A stretch of DNA of 64,000 nt from an uncultured bacterium (lineage in GTDB: Bacteria; Acidobacteriota; Thermoanaerobaculia; Multivoradales; JAHZIX01): contig CBDUPA010000012.1 in NCBI GenBank assembly GCA_965368975.1, forward strand, positions 83,540 to 147,539. Reading direction: 5' to 3'. Of the stretch, positions 27,081-34,698 are shown piece after piece (positions within the stretch are counted from its first letter, which is position 1; each line of letters starts with the position of its first letter). Below the pieces are notes generated by a model, which saw nothing but the letters and a program-made list of their open reading frames with translations, did no database searches and had not been told where the DNA came from. The translations under genes and the position numbers were made by a program.

Positions 27081-28733
27081 ATGAGCGACGACCAGTTCAA
27101 GTGGCCGGTCTCGGACACGCCGCCTCCCAGGAGCATGCCGACGGGGAGCCGGCCGCCGGGTGGTTTCGACTTCCCGTCGCGCCGCGGCTTCCTGGGCCGA
27201 CCGGGGGGCCGCTACCGTGCTGGCGTTTTCGCCTGTGGTGGCGGCGGGCTCGGCCCGATCCGTTTCGATCTCCTGCCGCCGGAGGAGGACGTCAAGGAGC
27301 CGCCGGAGTTCGCCACCTTCATCGGCCAGCGCTTCATGGGCATTCCGGTGGAGTGGGAGCAGACGCATCTGCCGACCCACATGCGCGAGCCACCGCGCGA
27401 GCTCGAGGAGAGCCCGAGTGCGGTTGCCGTGCGCGAAGGACGGCTGGAGCGGCGCGGTCGTCTGGGCCGCCTGGTGACGCCGCACGGTGCCATCTTCACG
27501 CCCGCCTTCATGCCGGTGGGCACGCTCGGTGCGGTCAAAGGCTTGCCGTCCTGGGAGCTCGAAGCCCTGGGCGCCAACGTCATGCTGAGCAACTTCTACC
27601 ACCTGGCGGTGCGGCCCGGTCTCGAGCAGATCATCGCTGCCGGTGGTGTGCACGACTTCACCGGCTGGCGTGGCCCGATTCTCACCGACAGCGGCGGCTA
27701 CCAGATCTGGAGCCTGCCGGATCTGCGCAAGATCGACGACGACGGCGTCAGCTTCCGCAACCATGTTGACGGCTCGCCGATGCGCCTGACGCCCGAGTCG
27801 GTGGTCGACGGCCAGTACTGGATCGGCGTCGACATCGCCATGGTGCTGGACGAATGCCCGCCGGCCGGCGGTAGCTACGAGGAAGTAGCGGCGTCCTGGA
27901 AGCGCACGCTGGCGTGGGCCGGCCGGGCGCGCGACGCCTGGGCGCGCCACGACGCCGAGGCCGGGCTGTTCGGCATCGTCCAGGGCGGTGTCTACGATGA
28001 CCTGCGTCGGCGCGCGGCACGCGATCTCGAAGACCTCGACTTCGACGGCTACGCCATCGGTGGTGTCAGCGTCGGTGAGCCGGAGGCCGACCGCCGCCGC
28101 GTCGTCGAGGTGACGGCACCCGAGTTGCCCTTCGACAAACCGCGCTACCTGATGGGGGTCGGCTATCCGCTCGACATCGGTCACGCCGTGCTGCACGGTG
28201 TCGACCTGTTCGACTGCGTGCTGCCGTCGCGCAATGCTCGCCATGGCTTGCTGTTCCAGCGCGGCGGGGGTGTCGTCAAGATCAAGAACTCCCGCTACCA
28301 GCATGCCCACGGCCCGATCGACGCCGCCTGCGCCTGCCCGGTGTGCCAGCAACACACGCTGGCCTTCGTGCACCATCTCTTCCGCTGTGGCGACATCACA
28401 GGCCAGGTCTTGGCGACGGTGCACAATGTCTACCATTACCTTGACTTTATGTCGGAGCTTCGGCAAGCTATCGCGACCGGTGTGCTGGTGGAAACCATCG
28501 CCGACTGGTGTGGTGTCGATCCGGCTGAGCTGAACGTCAGCGAAGAAGAAGCCGAACTCGCCCGCCAGGGTGTGGCGCTTCGGGAGCGGGAACGCGAACG
28601 GTTCGAAGAAGAATCGATTCGCCCGACTGCCGAGGAGTGGGCCGCGTCGAAACGGTTGGCGACACAAGCGGCGCAATACGCCGACGCCACAACCGCTCCG
28701 GCGCCCGCTCACAAGCCGAAGAGAAGGTCGTAG
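27081..28733 (+). CDS. tgt: tRNA-guanine transglycosylase (queuine tRNA-ribosyltransferase) with N- and C-terminal extensions
   Basis: Core: GRLVTPHGAIFTPAFMPVGTLGAVKG...ILTDSGGYQIWSL...YAIGGVSVGEP...YLMGVGYP...CACPVCQQHTLAFVHHL (zinc site). About 110 aa of Pro/Arg/Gly-rich N-extension and about 70 aa of C-extension. Confidence 0.9.
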   Translation: MSDDQFKWPVSDTPPPRSMPTGSRPPGGFDFPSRRGFLGRPGGRYRAGVFACGGGGLGPIRFDLLPPEEDVKEPPEFATFIGQRFMGIPVEWEQTHLPTHMREPPRELEESPSAVAVREGRLERRGRLGRLVTPHGAIFTPAFMPVGTLGAVKGLPSWELEALGANVMLSNFYHLAVRPGLEQIIAAGGVHDFTGWRGPILTDSGGYQIWSLPDLRKIDDDGVSFRNHVDGSPMRLTPESVVDGQYWIGVDIAMVLDECPPAGGSYEEVAASWKRTLAWAGRARDAWARHDAEAGLFGIVQGGVYDDLRRRAARDLEDLDFDGYAIGGVSVGEPEADRRRVVEVTAPELPFDKPRYLMGVGYPLDIGHAVLHGVDLFDCVLPSRNARHGLLFQRGGGVVKIKNSRYQHAHGPIDAACACPVCQQHTLAFVHHLFRCGDITGQVLATVHNVYHYLDFMSELRQAIATGVLVETIADWCGVDPAELNVSEEEAELARQGVALRERERERFEEESIRPTAEEWAASKRLATQAAQYADATTAPAPAHKPKRRS

Positions 28734-28932
28734 CCAAGATCTCGTGACGAGCTTCGTGACGGAGCGCGCTACGACAAGCCACAGACTGCCCTCCGCCGGC
28801 AACGTCCGCCGCTAGGAGCGAAACAACCCCCGAGTCAGAAGAATCCGCGAGCCGAGCGGTCACGGTCCGTTTCGGGACCGTCGGAGAAGCGTCGCCTCGG
28901 TGCCCGCGGGGCAAAGTTTTCAGGAGCACAAC

Positions 28933-29334
28933 ATGTCGATTTCATGGCTGCCCACGTGGATTGGGCCGCTCGCCACGGATGCTTTGGCTGGTCCTTTCAG
29001 CACGTTGGAAGGGCTGGGTAGGTTCTTGGCGCAGGCCGGCGGAGCGGGTGCAAGCGCGTTCGGTCAGCTGGCGCCGATCATCATCATCGTCGTCATCTTC
29101 TACATCATCGTCTTCCTGCCGCTGCGCAAGCAGCGCAAGCAGCACGCCACGATGTTGGAAGAACTACAGAAGGGCGACAAGGTGGTGACCAACGGCGGCC
29201 TTTACGCCGAAATCGTGTCGGTGGACGCGGACACCGTGATCGTCAAGGTGGCCGACAACGTCAAGCTCCGCATGATGAAGTCCGCGGTGGCGGGCAAGCA
29301 GGGTGAGGAACTCACCGGGAGCACGCAACAATGA
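28933..29334 (+). CDS. yajC: preprotein translocase subunit YajC
   Basis: APIIIIVVIFYIIVFLPLRKQRKQHATMLEELQKGDKVVTNGGLYAEIVSVDADTVIVKV. AGGAG lies 6 nt upstream of ATG 28933. Confidence 0.85.
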   Translation: MSISWLPTWIGPLATDALAGPFSTLEGLGRFLAQAGGAGASAFGQLAPIIIIVVIFYIIVFLPLRKQRKQHATMLEELQKGDKVVTNGGLYAEIVSVDADTVIVKVADNVKLRMMKSAVAGKQGEELTGSTQQ

Positions 29335-30914
29335 ACAACAGTCTAGTGATTCGCGCCCTGGTGATCTTGGGCGTCTTGGTGTGGGCGGCGTTCTCCGCTT
29401 ACCCGCCGCAGGAGAGCATCAACCTCGGCCTCGACCTGCGCGGCGGCATGCACTTGGTGCTGGAGGTCGAGACCAACGACGCTCTGCGCGCCGAGACCGA
29501 CCAGGACATGGACACGATGCGGGGCCAGCTGGCCGAAGAGGGCATCACCGGTGTGGTGCTCGAACGCAGTGCCCCGGCGGCCGACGGTAGCGTCTTCGCT
29601 TTCACCCTCAGCGGTGTGCCCGCTGGCGAGGACGACACGGTCGATCAGATCCACACGGATTACCTCGGCGACGATTGGGACATGAGCCGCAGCGGTGACA
29701 CCTACCGCTTCAGCCTGACCGAGAGTGCCAAGCGCGACCTGCGCAGCCGCACCGTCGACCAGGCGCGGCGCACCATCGAGCGGCGTGTCGACGCGTACGG
29801 CGTCGCCGAGCCGGCGATCCAGCGTCAAGGTTTCGGCGACAGCGAGCGGCTGGTCGTCCAGCTCCCCGGTGTCGACGACCCGGAGCGCGTCAAGGACCTG
29901 ATTCAGGACACCGCTTTCCTCGAGTTCCGCCTGCTCGATGAGCGCACTCCCAACGGCGCCGGCACGCGCGAGCAACTGCTGTCTCAGTTCGGCGGTACCC
30001 TGCCGGCCGACGTCGAGATCTTCCCCAGCGTGCTGGGACCCGAAGAGAGCGGCGAGCAGTTCTACGCCGTACAGGCCTCCAGCGTGCTCACCGGTCGCGA
30101 CCTGCGCAACGCGTCGGTAGGAGCCGGCGAGTTCAACGAGCCGGTGGTGAACTTCCGTCTCAGCTACGAGAAGGGCACCCAGTTCGGCGAGATGACCTCG
30201 TCCAACATCGGTCGCCGCATGGCCATCATCCTCGACGGCCAGGTGCTGTCGGCGCCCTCGATCAACGGTCGCATCAATGATCGCGGCATGATCGAAGGTG
30301 GCTTCGACCAGGCCGAGGCGCTCGACCTGTCGCTGGCCCTCAAGTCCGGTGCGCTGCCCGCCGGCATCACCACCCTGGAAGAGCGCACCGTTGGCCCGTC
30401 GCTGGGCCAGGACTCGATCGACCAGGGCCTCGAGGCTGGCCTCTACGGCGCCGGCTTGGTGGTGGTGCTGATGTTGGTCGTCTACCTGCTGTCGGGCATG
30501 AACGCCATCTTCGTGCTGGCGATGAACGTGGTGCTGGTGTTCGGCGCTCTGGCATCGCTCGGCGCCACGCTGACGCTGCCCGGTATCGCCGGCATCATCC
30601 TGACCATCGGCATGGCGGTCGACGCCAACGTGCTGATCTTCGAGCGCATCCGCGAAGAGCTGCGGATCAAGCCGGTGAAGGCGGCGGTCAAGGCCGGCTT
30701 CGAGAAGGCTTTCTCGTCGATCCTGGACGCCAACGTCACCACCCTGATCGCGGCGATCTTCCTGTTCCAGTTTGGCACCGGCCCGATCCGCGGCTTCGCC
30801 GTCACGCTCAGCGTCGGCATCTTCGCTTCGGTGTTCACCGCGGTCTTCGTGAGCCGCTTCCTCTTTGACCTGTGGCTCTCCCGCTCGACGGCGGTGGAAT
30901 CGATCTCGATTTGA
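29331..30914 (+). CDS. secD: protein translocase subunit SecD
   Basis: NLGLDLRGGMHLVLEV..., P1 domain, and C-terminal 6-TM block ...GIAGIILTIGMAVDANVLIFERIREE.... ATGA overlap with yajC. Confidence 0.92.
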   Translation: MNNSLVIRALVILGVLVWAAFSAYPPQESINLGLDLRGGMHLVLEVETNDALRAETDQDMDTMRGQLAEEGITGVVLERSAPAADGSVFAFTLSGVPAGEDDTVDQIHTDYLGDDWDMSRSGDTYRFSLTESAKRDLRSRTVDQARRTIERRVDAYGVAEPAIQRQGFGDSERLVVQLPGVDDPERVKDLIQDTAFLEFRLLDERTPNGAGTREQLLSQFGGTLPADVEIFPSVLGPEESGEQFYAVQASSVLTGRDLRNASVGAGEFNEPVVNFRLSYEKGTQFGEMTSSNIGRRMAIILDGQVLSAPSINGRINDRGMIEGGFDQAEALDLSLALKSGALPAGITTLEERTVGPSLGQDSIDQGLEAGLYGAGLVVVLMLVVYLLSGMNAIFVLAMNVVLVFGALASLGATLTLPGIAGIILTIGMAVDANVLIFERIREELRIKPVKAAVKAGFEKAFSSILDANVTTLIAAIFLFQFGTGPIRGFAVTLSVGIFASVFTAVFVSRFLFDLWLSRSTAVESISI

Positions 30915-30931
30915 CGGAGGCGTAGCCTGAT

Positions 30932-32116
30932 ATGCGATTTCTCACCGATCCGAAAATCGACTTCATGGGCATGCGAAAGGGCTTCATTGTCCTTTCCGTC
31001 GTGCTGGTGTTGTCGTCCCTGTCCTACCTTGTCTACGCCTACAGCAACGACGAGCTGAACGTCGGCATTGACTTTGCCGGCGGTACGCAGATCACCCTGC
31101 AATTCGGGGACACGCCCGATATCGATCAACTGCGCACGATCCTCAACGACGCCGGCATCGCCAAGCCGCAGATCCAGCGCTTCGGCCTCGCTGAGCGCAA
31201 CGAGCTGTTGATTCGCACCGCCACCGTCGAAGGCAGTGAAGAAGGCGCTTCCGACGCCCTCTTCGCCGCGCTCGACGGCGCTTACAACCCCGGTTCCGGC
31301 GCCGGTGACGACCTCAACCGCATGGGCCCCGATGCCGTTGCCCGCCTGCTCACCGCGTCCAACCCGCTCGGGCTGGATCTCATCCCCGGTGCTGTACCCG
31401 ATGAGTACCGGCAGATCGGTGAAGCCGTCATCGCGCAGCGTCGCGACGTCGGCCTACTGGCCAGTTGGGACGACCTGGCGAACATCGACGGCATGAGTCC
31501 CGAGAAGCTGACGGCCCTGCAGGACTCCACGCACCTGGGTGCCTTCTCGCTGCTCAGCGTCGAGAACGTCGGTCCGCAGATCGGCAGCGAGCTGAAGTCC
31601 AAGGGTATCTGGGCGGTCGTCTTCTCGCTCGTCGGCATGCTGGCCTACATCGCCTTCCGTTTCCAGCTGCGCTTCGGTATCGGCGCCGTGGTCGCCATCT
31701 TCCACGACGTCCTGATCACGCTCGGCATCTATGCCTTCCTCGGCTTCGAGTTCAACCTCACCCTGATCGCCGCCTTCCTGACGCTGGTCGGGTACTCGGT
31801 GAACGATACGGTGGTGGTTTTCGACCGTGTGCGTGAGAACATGCAACGCTTGCGCCGGGAGCCGTTGGTCGAGACGCTCAACAAGTCGCTCAACCAGACC
31901 CTCAGCCGTACGGTGATGACGTCCATGACCACCTTCCTGGTCGTGCTGACGCTCTTCGTCTTCGGTGGCCAGGTGATCCGCGGCTTCGCCTTCGTGCTCA
32001 CCGCCGGTGTCGTGGTCGGCACTTACTCCTCCGTCTTCGTCGCCTCGCCGGTGGTGCTGGCGTGGGAAGCCCGCTTCAGCAAGGAAGCACGGACGCGGCG
32101 TAGAGAAAGCAAGTAG
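30932..32116 (+). CDS. secF: protein translocase subunit SecF
   Basis: IDFMGMRKGFIVLSVVL..., GIDFAGGTQITLQF, ...FHDVLITLGIYAFLGFEFNLTLIAAFLTLVGYSVNDTVVVFDRVREN. Confidence 0.92.
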   Translation: MRFLTDPKIDFMGMRKGFIVLSVVLVLSSLSYLVYAYSNDELNVGIDFAGGTQITLQFGDTPDIDQLRTILNDAGIAKPQIQRFGLAERNELLIRTATVEGSEEGASDALFAALDGAYNPGSGAGDDLNRMGPDAVARLLTASNPLGLDLIPGAVPDEYRQIGEAVIAQRRDVGLLASWDDLANIDGMSPEKLTALQDSTHLGAFSLLSVENVGPQIGSELKSKGIWAVVFSLVGMLAYIAFRFQLRFGIGAVVAIFHDVLITLGIYAFLGFEFNLTLIAAFLTLVGYSVNDTVVVFDRVRENMQRLRREPLVETLNKSLNQTLSRTVMTSMTTFLVVLTLFVFGGQVIRGFAFVLTAGVVVGTYSSVFVASPVVLAWEARFSKEARTRRRESK

Positions 32117-32185
32117 GACGTACGTCGTTCCGTCCGAAATCCGGGTAGGGGCCGCCCTGCCGCGTCGCCACATCCCTGGATGCAT

Positions 32186-32218
32186 CAACCCCCGCCTCTT
32201 GGCGGGGGTTGGTGTTTG
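32186..32218 (+). terminator. rho-independent terminator after secF
   Basis: CAACCCCCGCC-TCTT-GGCGGGGGTTG followed by GTGTTTG. Confidence 0.7.
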
Positions 32219-32420
32219 CGGGCAAATTCCGTCGCTGTACCGGGATTCCCGGCAGGCAAGAAATGCGCGCCGCGCCGTGCCAGGATTGGCGCAAAAAGTT
32301 CCTCTGTCGTAGGACAAGCCCGGGATCACTTGTGCTCCGAGGCACGGCCGGCCGCCGTCGCCAAATCACAGAGTAAAAAGGGCTTGCGTCGATCCAGGGC
32401 GTGTTCTAGAATTGGAACTA

Positions 32421-33248
32421 ATGCTCTCTCGAATCGCGCGCCACCGCTTCGTGGAATTGATCCGCTCCCTGGACGCCAGAACCGACCTCGCCGAGGTTGC
32501 TTTGGTCGTGGCGGCCGAGACCACGCCCGGTCTGGATATCGAGGCCTACCTGCATCGTCTCGACTCCATGGCCGAAGAAGCGGATCGACGCACGCGTGCC
32601 GCCGAAGAGCCCCACCAGCGCATCGAGACGCTGAACCGCTACCTGTTCGAAGATCTCGGCTTCATCGGCGACGATGACGACTACTACAACCCGCGCAACA
32701 GCTTCCTCAACGAGGTTCTCGACCGCCGCTCCGGCATTCCCGTGACGCTGGCCCTGGTCTACCTCAGCCTCACTCGCCGCCTCGGCTGGCCGGTGGTCGG
32801 TGTCGGTTTCCCGGCGCACTTCCTGGTCAAGTACACGCGGCCGCAGATCCTCGTCGACCCTTTCACCGGCGAAGTGATCAACAAGCGCGAGTGTCGCCGC
32901 CGCTTGCGCATCGCCTTGGGCGACAACGCCGAGTGGCGCGACGACTACCTCGATCCCGCCGCGCCCGTAGACATCGTCCTGCGTTTGCTCACCAACCTCA
33001 AGCACATCTACATCCAGAGCCAGCGTCACGAACTAGCGCTCAGCTGCTGCGAACGCCTACTCCTGCTGCTACCGGACTCGCCCAAAGAGCTGCGGGATCG
33101 CGGGCTGGTACTGCTCGAACTGGAATGCCGCGAGGAGGCCTACGCCGACTTCGAACGCTTCCTCGAACTGGCCCCCGAAGACCCCGCCGCCGAAGCCGTG
33201 CGCGATGTGCTGTCGATGGCACGGCAGCAGATTCCCCTGGTCAACTGA
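32421..33248 (+). CDS. SirB1-like transglutaminase-fold/TPR protein (UPF0162 family)
   Basis: YYNPRNSFLNEVLDRRSGIPVTLALVYLSLTRRLGWPVVGVGFPAHFLVKY plus a C-terminal TPR-like segment. Confidence 0.6.
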   Translation: MLSRIARHRFVELIRSLDARTDLAEVALVVAAETTPGLDIEAYLHRLDSMAEEADRRTRAAEEPHQRIETLNRYLFEDLGFIGDDDDYYNPRNSFLNEVLDRRSGIPVTLALVYLSLTRRLGWPVVGVGFPAHFLVKYTRPQILVDPFTGEVINKRECRRRLRIALGDNAEWRDDYLDPAAPVDIVLRLLTNLKHIYIQSQRHELALSCCERLLLLLPDSPKELRDRGLVLLELECREEAYADFERFLELAPEDPAAEAVRDVLSMARQQIPLVN

Positions 33249-33279
33249 GCCTCCTCCTCCGCCTCTGCCTGCGCCGGAA

Positions 33280-33291
33280 CTGAATATTCAG
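33280..33291. promoter_or_regulatory. perfect 12-bp palindrome upstream of the RiPP promoter (candidate operator)
   Basis: CTGAATATTCAG, located in an AT-rich patch 34 bp upstream of the -35 box. Confidence 0.3.
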
Positions 33292-33324
33292 AGAGATAAT
33301 AAATCTTTGCAGCTAAGAGCTTAT

Positions 33325-33353
33325 TTGACAGCGGCTGCAAGCCTGGTTACGAT
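33325..33353 (+). promoter_or_regulatory. sigma70-like promoter for the precursor-peptide gene
   Basis: TTGACA (33325-33330), a 17-nt spacer, then TACGAT (33348-33353). It sits ~110 nt upstream of ATG 33463 in a locally AT-rich stretch. Confidence 0.45.
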
Positions 33354-33462
33354 TTCCCCATATTCTCCTATTGCGGGTCCTCTTCTCGAAGCCATTCGAA
33401 TCACGGTCATCCGGAGCCCCAGCGGTTCCTTATCTCACCACGTGACCTTTGGAGGACACATC

Positions 33463-33585
33463 ATGAACAAGAGCAAGAAGCCCGTCTCGCTGAACCTCGA
33501 ACTCGAAACCGTCGAGTCCCGCTGCAAGCCGGGCTGTGGCAGCTCCACCACGCTGCCGCTGTGCACCTGTCCCATTTCTTGCTGA
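33463..33585 (+). CDS. RiPP precursor peptide (lanthipeptide/thiopeptide-like), 40 aa
   Basis: GGAGG lies 7 nt upstream of the ATG. Product: MNKSKKPVSLNLELETVESR-CKPGCGSSTTLPLCTCPISC*. The leader has an LNLELE segment reminiscent of the class I F(N/D)LD box. The C-terminal 20 aa hold 5 Cys and 6 Ser/Thr. It sits immediately upstream of the split LanB genes. Confidence 0.75.
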   Translation: MNKSKKPVSLNLELETVESRCKPGCGSSTTLPLCTCPISC

Positions 33586-33591
33586 GGCGAT

Positions 33592-34695
33592 TTGGCTACC
33601 GGATCGGACCGTGAATCCGGTCCGGTAGCGGTACTCCTGAGCACCGTTTTCGCCCCATCGCCTGGGCAGCCCCCTGCCCCGGTATACACTAGAGGCGTGA
33701 AACAACCCGAGTCTCCGGAATCTGAGCATCCGGACCGTGATCCGGTCCCCGTACCGCCGGCTTCTCTGCAGGCTACTGCCGAGACGGAAGGCAACTACCC
33801 CGACCTGTACCTGGTTGCCGAGTGCGGCGAGCAGGATCAAGAGAAATTGGTGCGCGAACTGGTGGCCCCGATCGTGGCCGAGATCCGGGATCATCCGGAA
33901 CTCGAGTCGCTGTTCTTCGTGCGCATGAGCAAGCCTACCTGGCAAGTCCGCCTGCGTGTCGTCGGAGACTTGGAGTGGTTGCAGAACCGCTGCAGGCGCG
34001 TGATGTGCCTGCGTCTCGACGCCTTGCGCGGCCGGCGGGCGGTGCACGACTTCAGCCTGGGGCACTACGGGCGTGAGCTCGAGCGCTACGGCGGTGAAGG
34101 CGGCATGCGCATCGCCGAACAGCTGTACCACCACGACTCGCTCGCCTGCTTGGACCTGATCACCGCCGAGGCCCGCGGCCTGCTCGAACGTTCGCGGCGT
34201 GAGCTGGCGCTGCTCTACAGCGAGCGGCTGGCCAATCGGTTGGGCCTGCATGGCGAAGACCGCTCGCGCTTTTACCGCTACGGCTACCAGTGGACCTTCC
34301 AGACCGAGACCTGGGACCAGAGCGATGCCGACGCACTAGAAGAACGGTTCGAGCAACTGGAGGCCGGGCTGCGCTCCCTCTTTCCGCTGGGTGGCAAGGC
34401 ACCGCCCGAGACGGATCTCTGGGGCGGAGACGAGCCGGCGCGCGTTGGTGCCGGCCTGGCAGCGTCGCAAGAACCAGCGCTGGCACGGCTGCTCAAGGGG
34501 CACAGGGCGGGGCGCATCGGCGGTGATCTGGCCTACCTCGGCTGGTCCTACTGCCACCTCTTCTGCAACCGCCTGGGCATCGACCCGTCCGGCGAGGCGG
34601 TACAGCGCTACCTGATGCACCTGTACCACTACCGCGTCCGTGCCCAGGGCTCGCTGCCGGGGCCCTTGCTCACCGAAGCGGCCAGCGACACCTGA
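33592..34695 (+). CDS. LanB C-terminal (glutamate-elimination, SpaB_C / thiopeptide-type bacteriocin biosynthesis) domain protein
   Basis: LYLVAECGEQDQEKLVRELVAPIVAEIRDHPELESLFFVRMSKPTWQVRLRV... and LGHYGRELERYGGEGGMRIAEQLYHHDS fit the family pattern (FF-RY...H-RLR; Y-PE-ERYGG...AE-F--DS). The TTG start is uncertain; the N-terminal ~60 aa are Pro-rich. Confidence 0.7.
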   Translation: MATGSDRESGPVAVLLSTVFAPSPGQPPAPVYTRGVKQPESPESEHPDRDPVPVPPASLQATAETEGNYPDLYLVAECGEQDQEKLVRELVAPIVAEIRDHPELESLFFVRMSKPTWQVRLRVVGDLEWLQNRCRRVMCLRLDALRGRRAVHDFSLGHYGRELERYGGEGGMRIAEQLYHHDSLACLDLITAEARGLLERSRRELALLYSERLANRLGLHGEDRSRFYRYGYQWTFQTETWDQSDADALEERFEQLEAGLRSLFPLGGKAPPETDLWGGDEPARVGAGLAASQEPALARLLKGHRAGRIGGDLAYLGWSYCHLFCNRLGIDPSGEAVQRYLMHLYHYRVRAQGSLPGPLLTEAASDT

Positions 34696-34698
34696 ACG

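Noticed and set aside
26934-28802. 622-aa minus-strand ORF opposite tgt
   Set aside because: Shadow ORF. The plus strand encodes a textbook Tgt. The antisense product has no recognisable motifs.
32421-33248. SirB1-like transglutaminase-fold protein as the missing leader peptidase or cyclase of the RiPP cluster
   Set aside because: The sequence matches the widespread housekeeping SirB1/UPF0162 family. It is separated from the precursor by 214 bp that contain the precursor's own promoter. There is no evidence of functional linkage.
33205-33585. 126-aa track ORF ending at the RiPP precursor stop
   Set aside because: Its first 86 codons run through the promoter, the palindrome and the AT-rich region. 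The internal ATG at 33463 has a strong GGAGG SD and yields a classic leader+core peptide.
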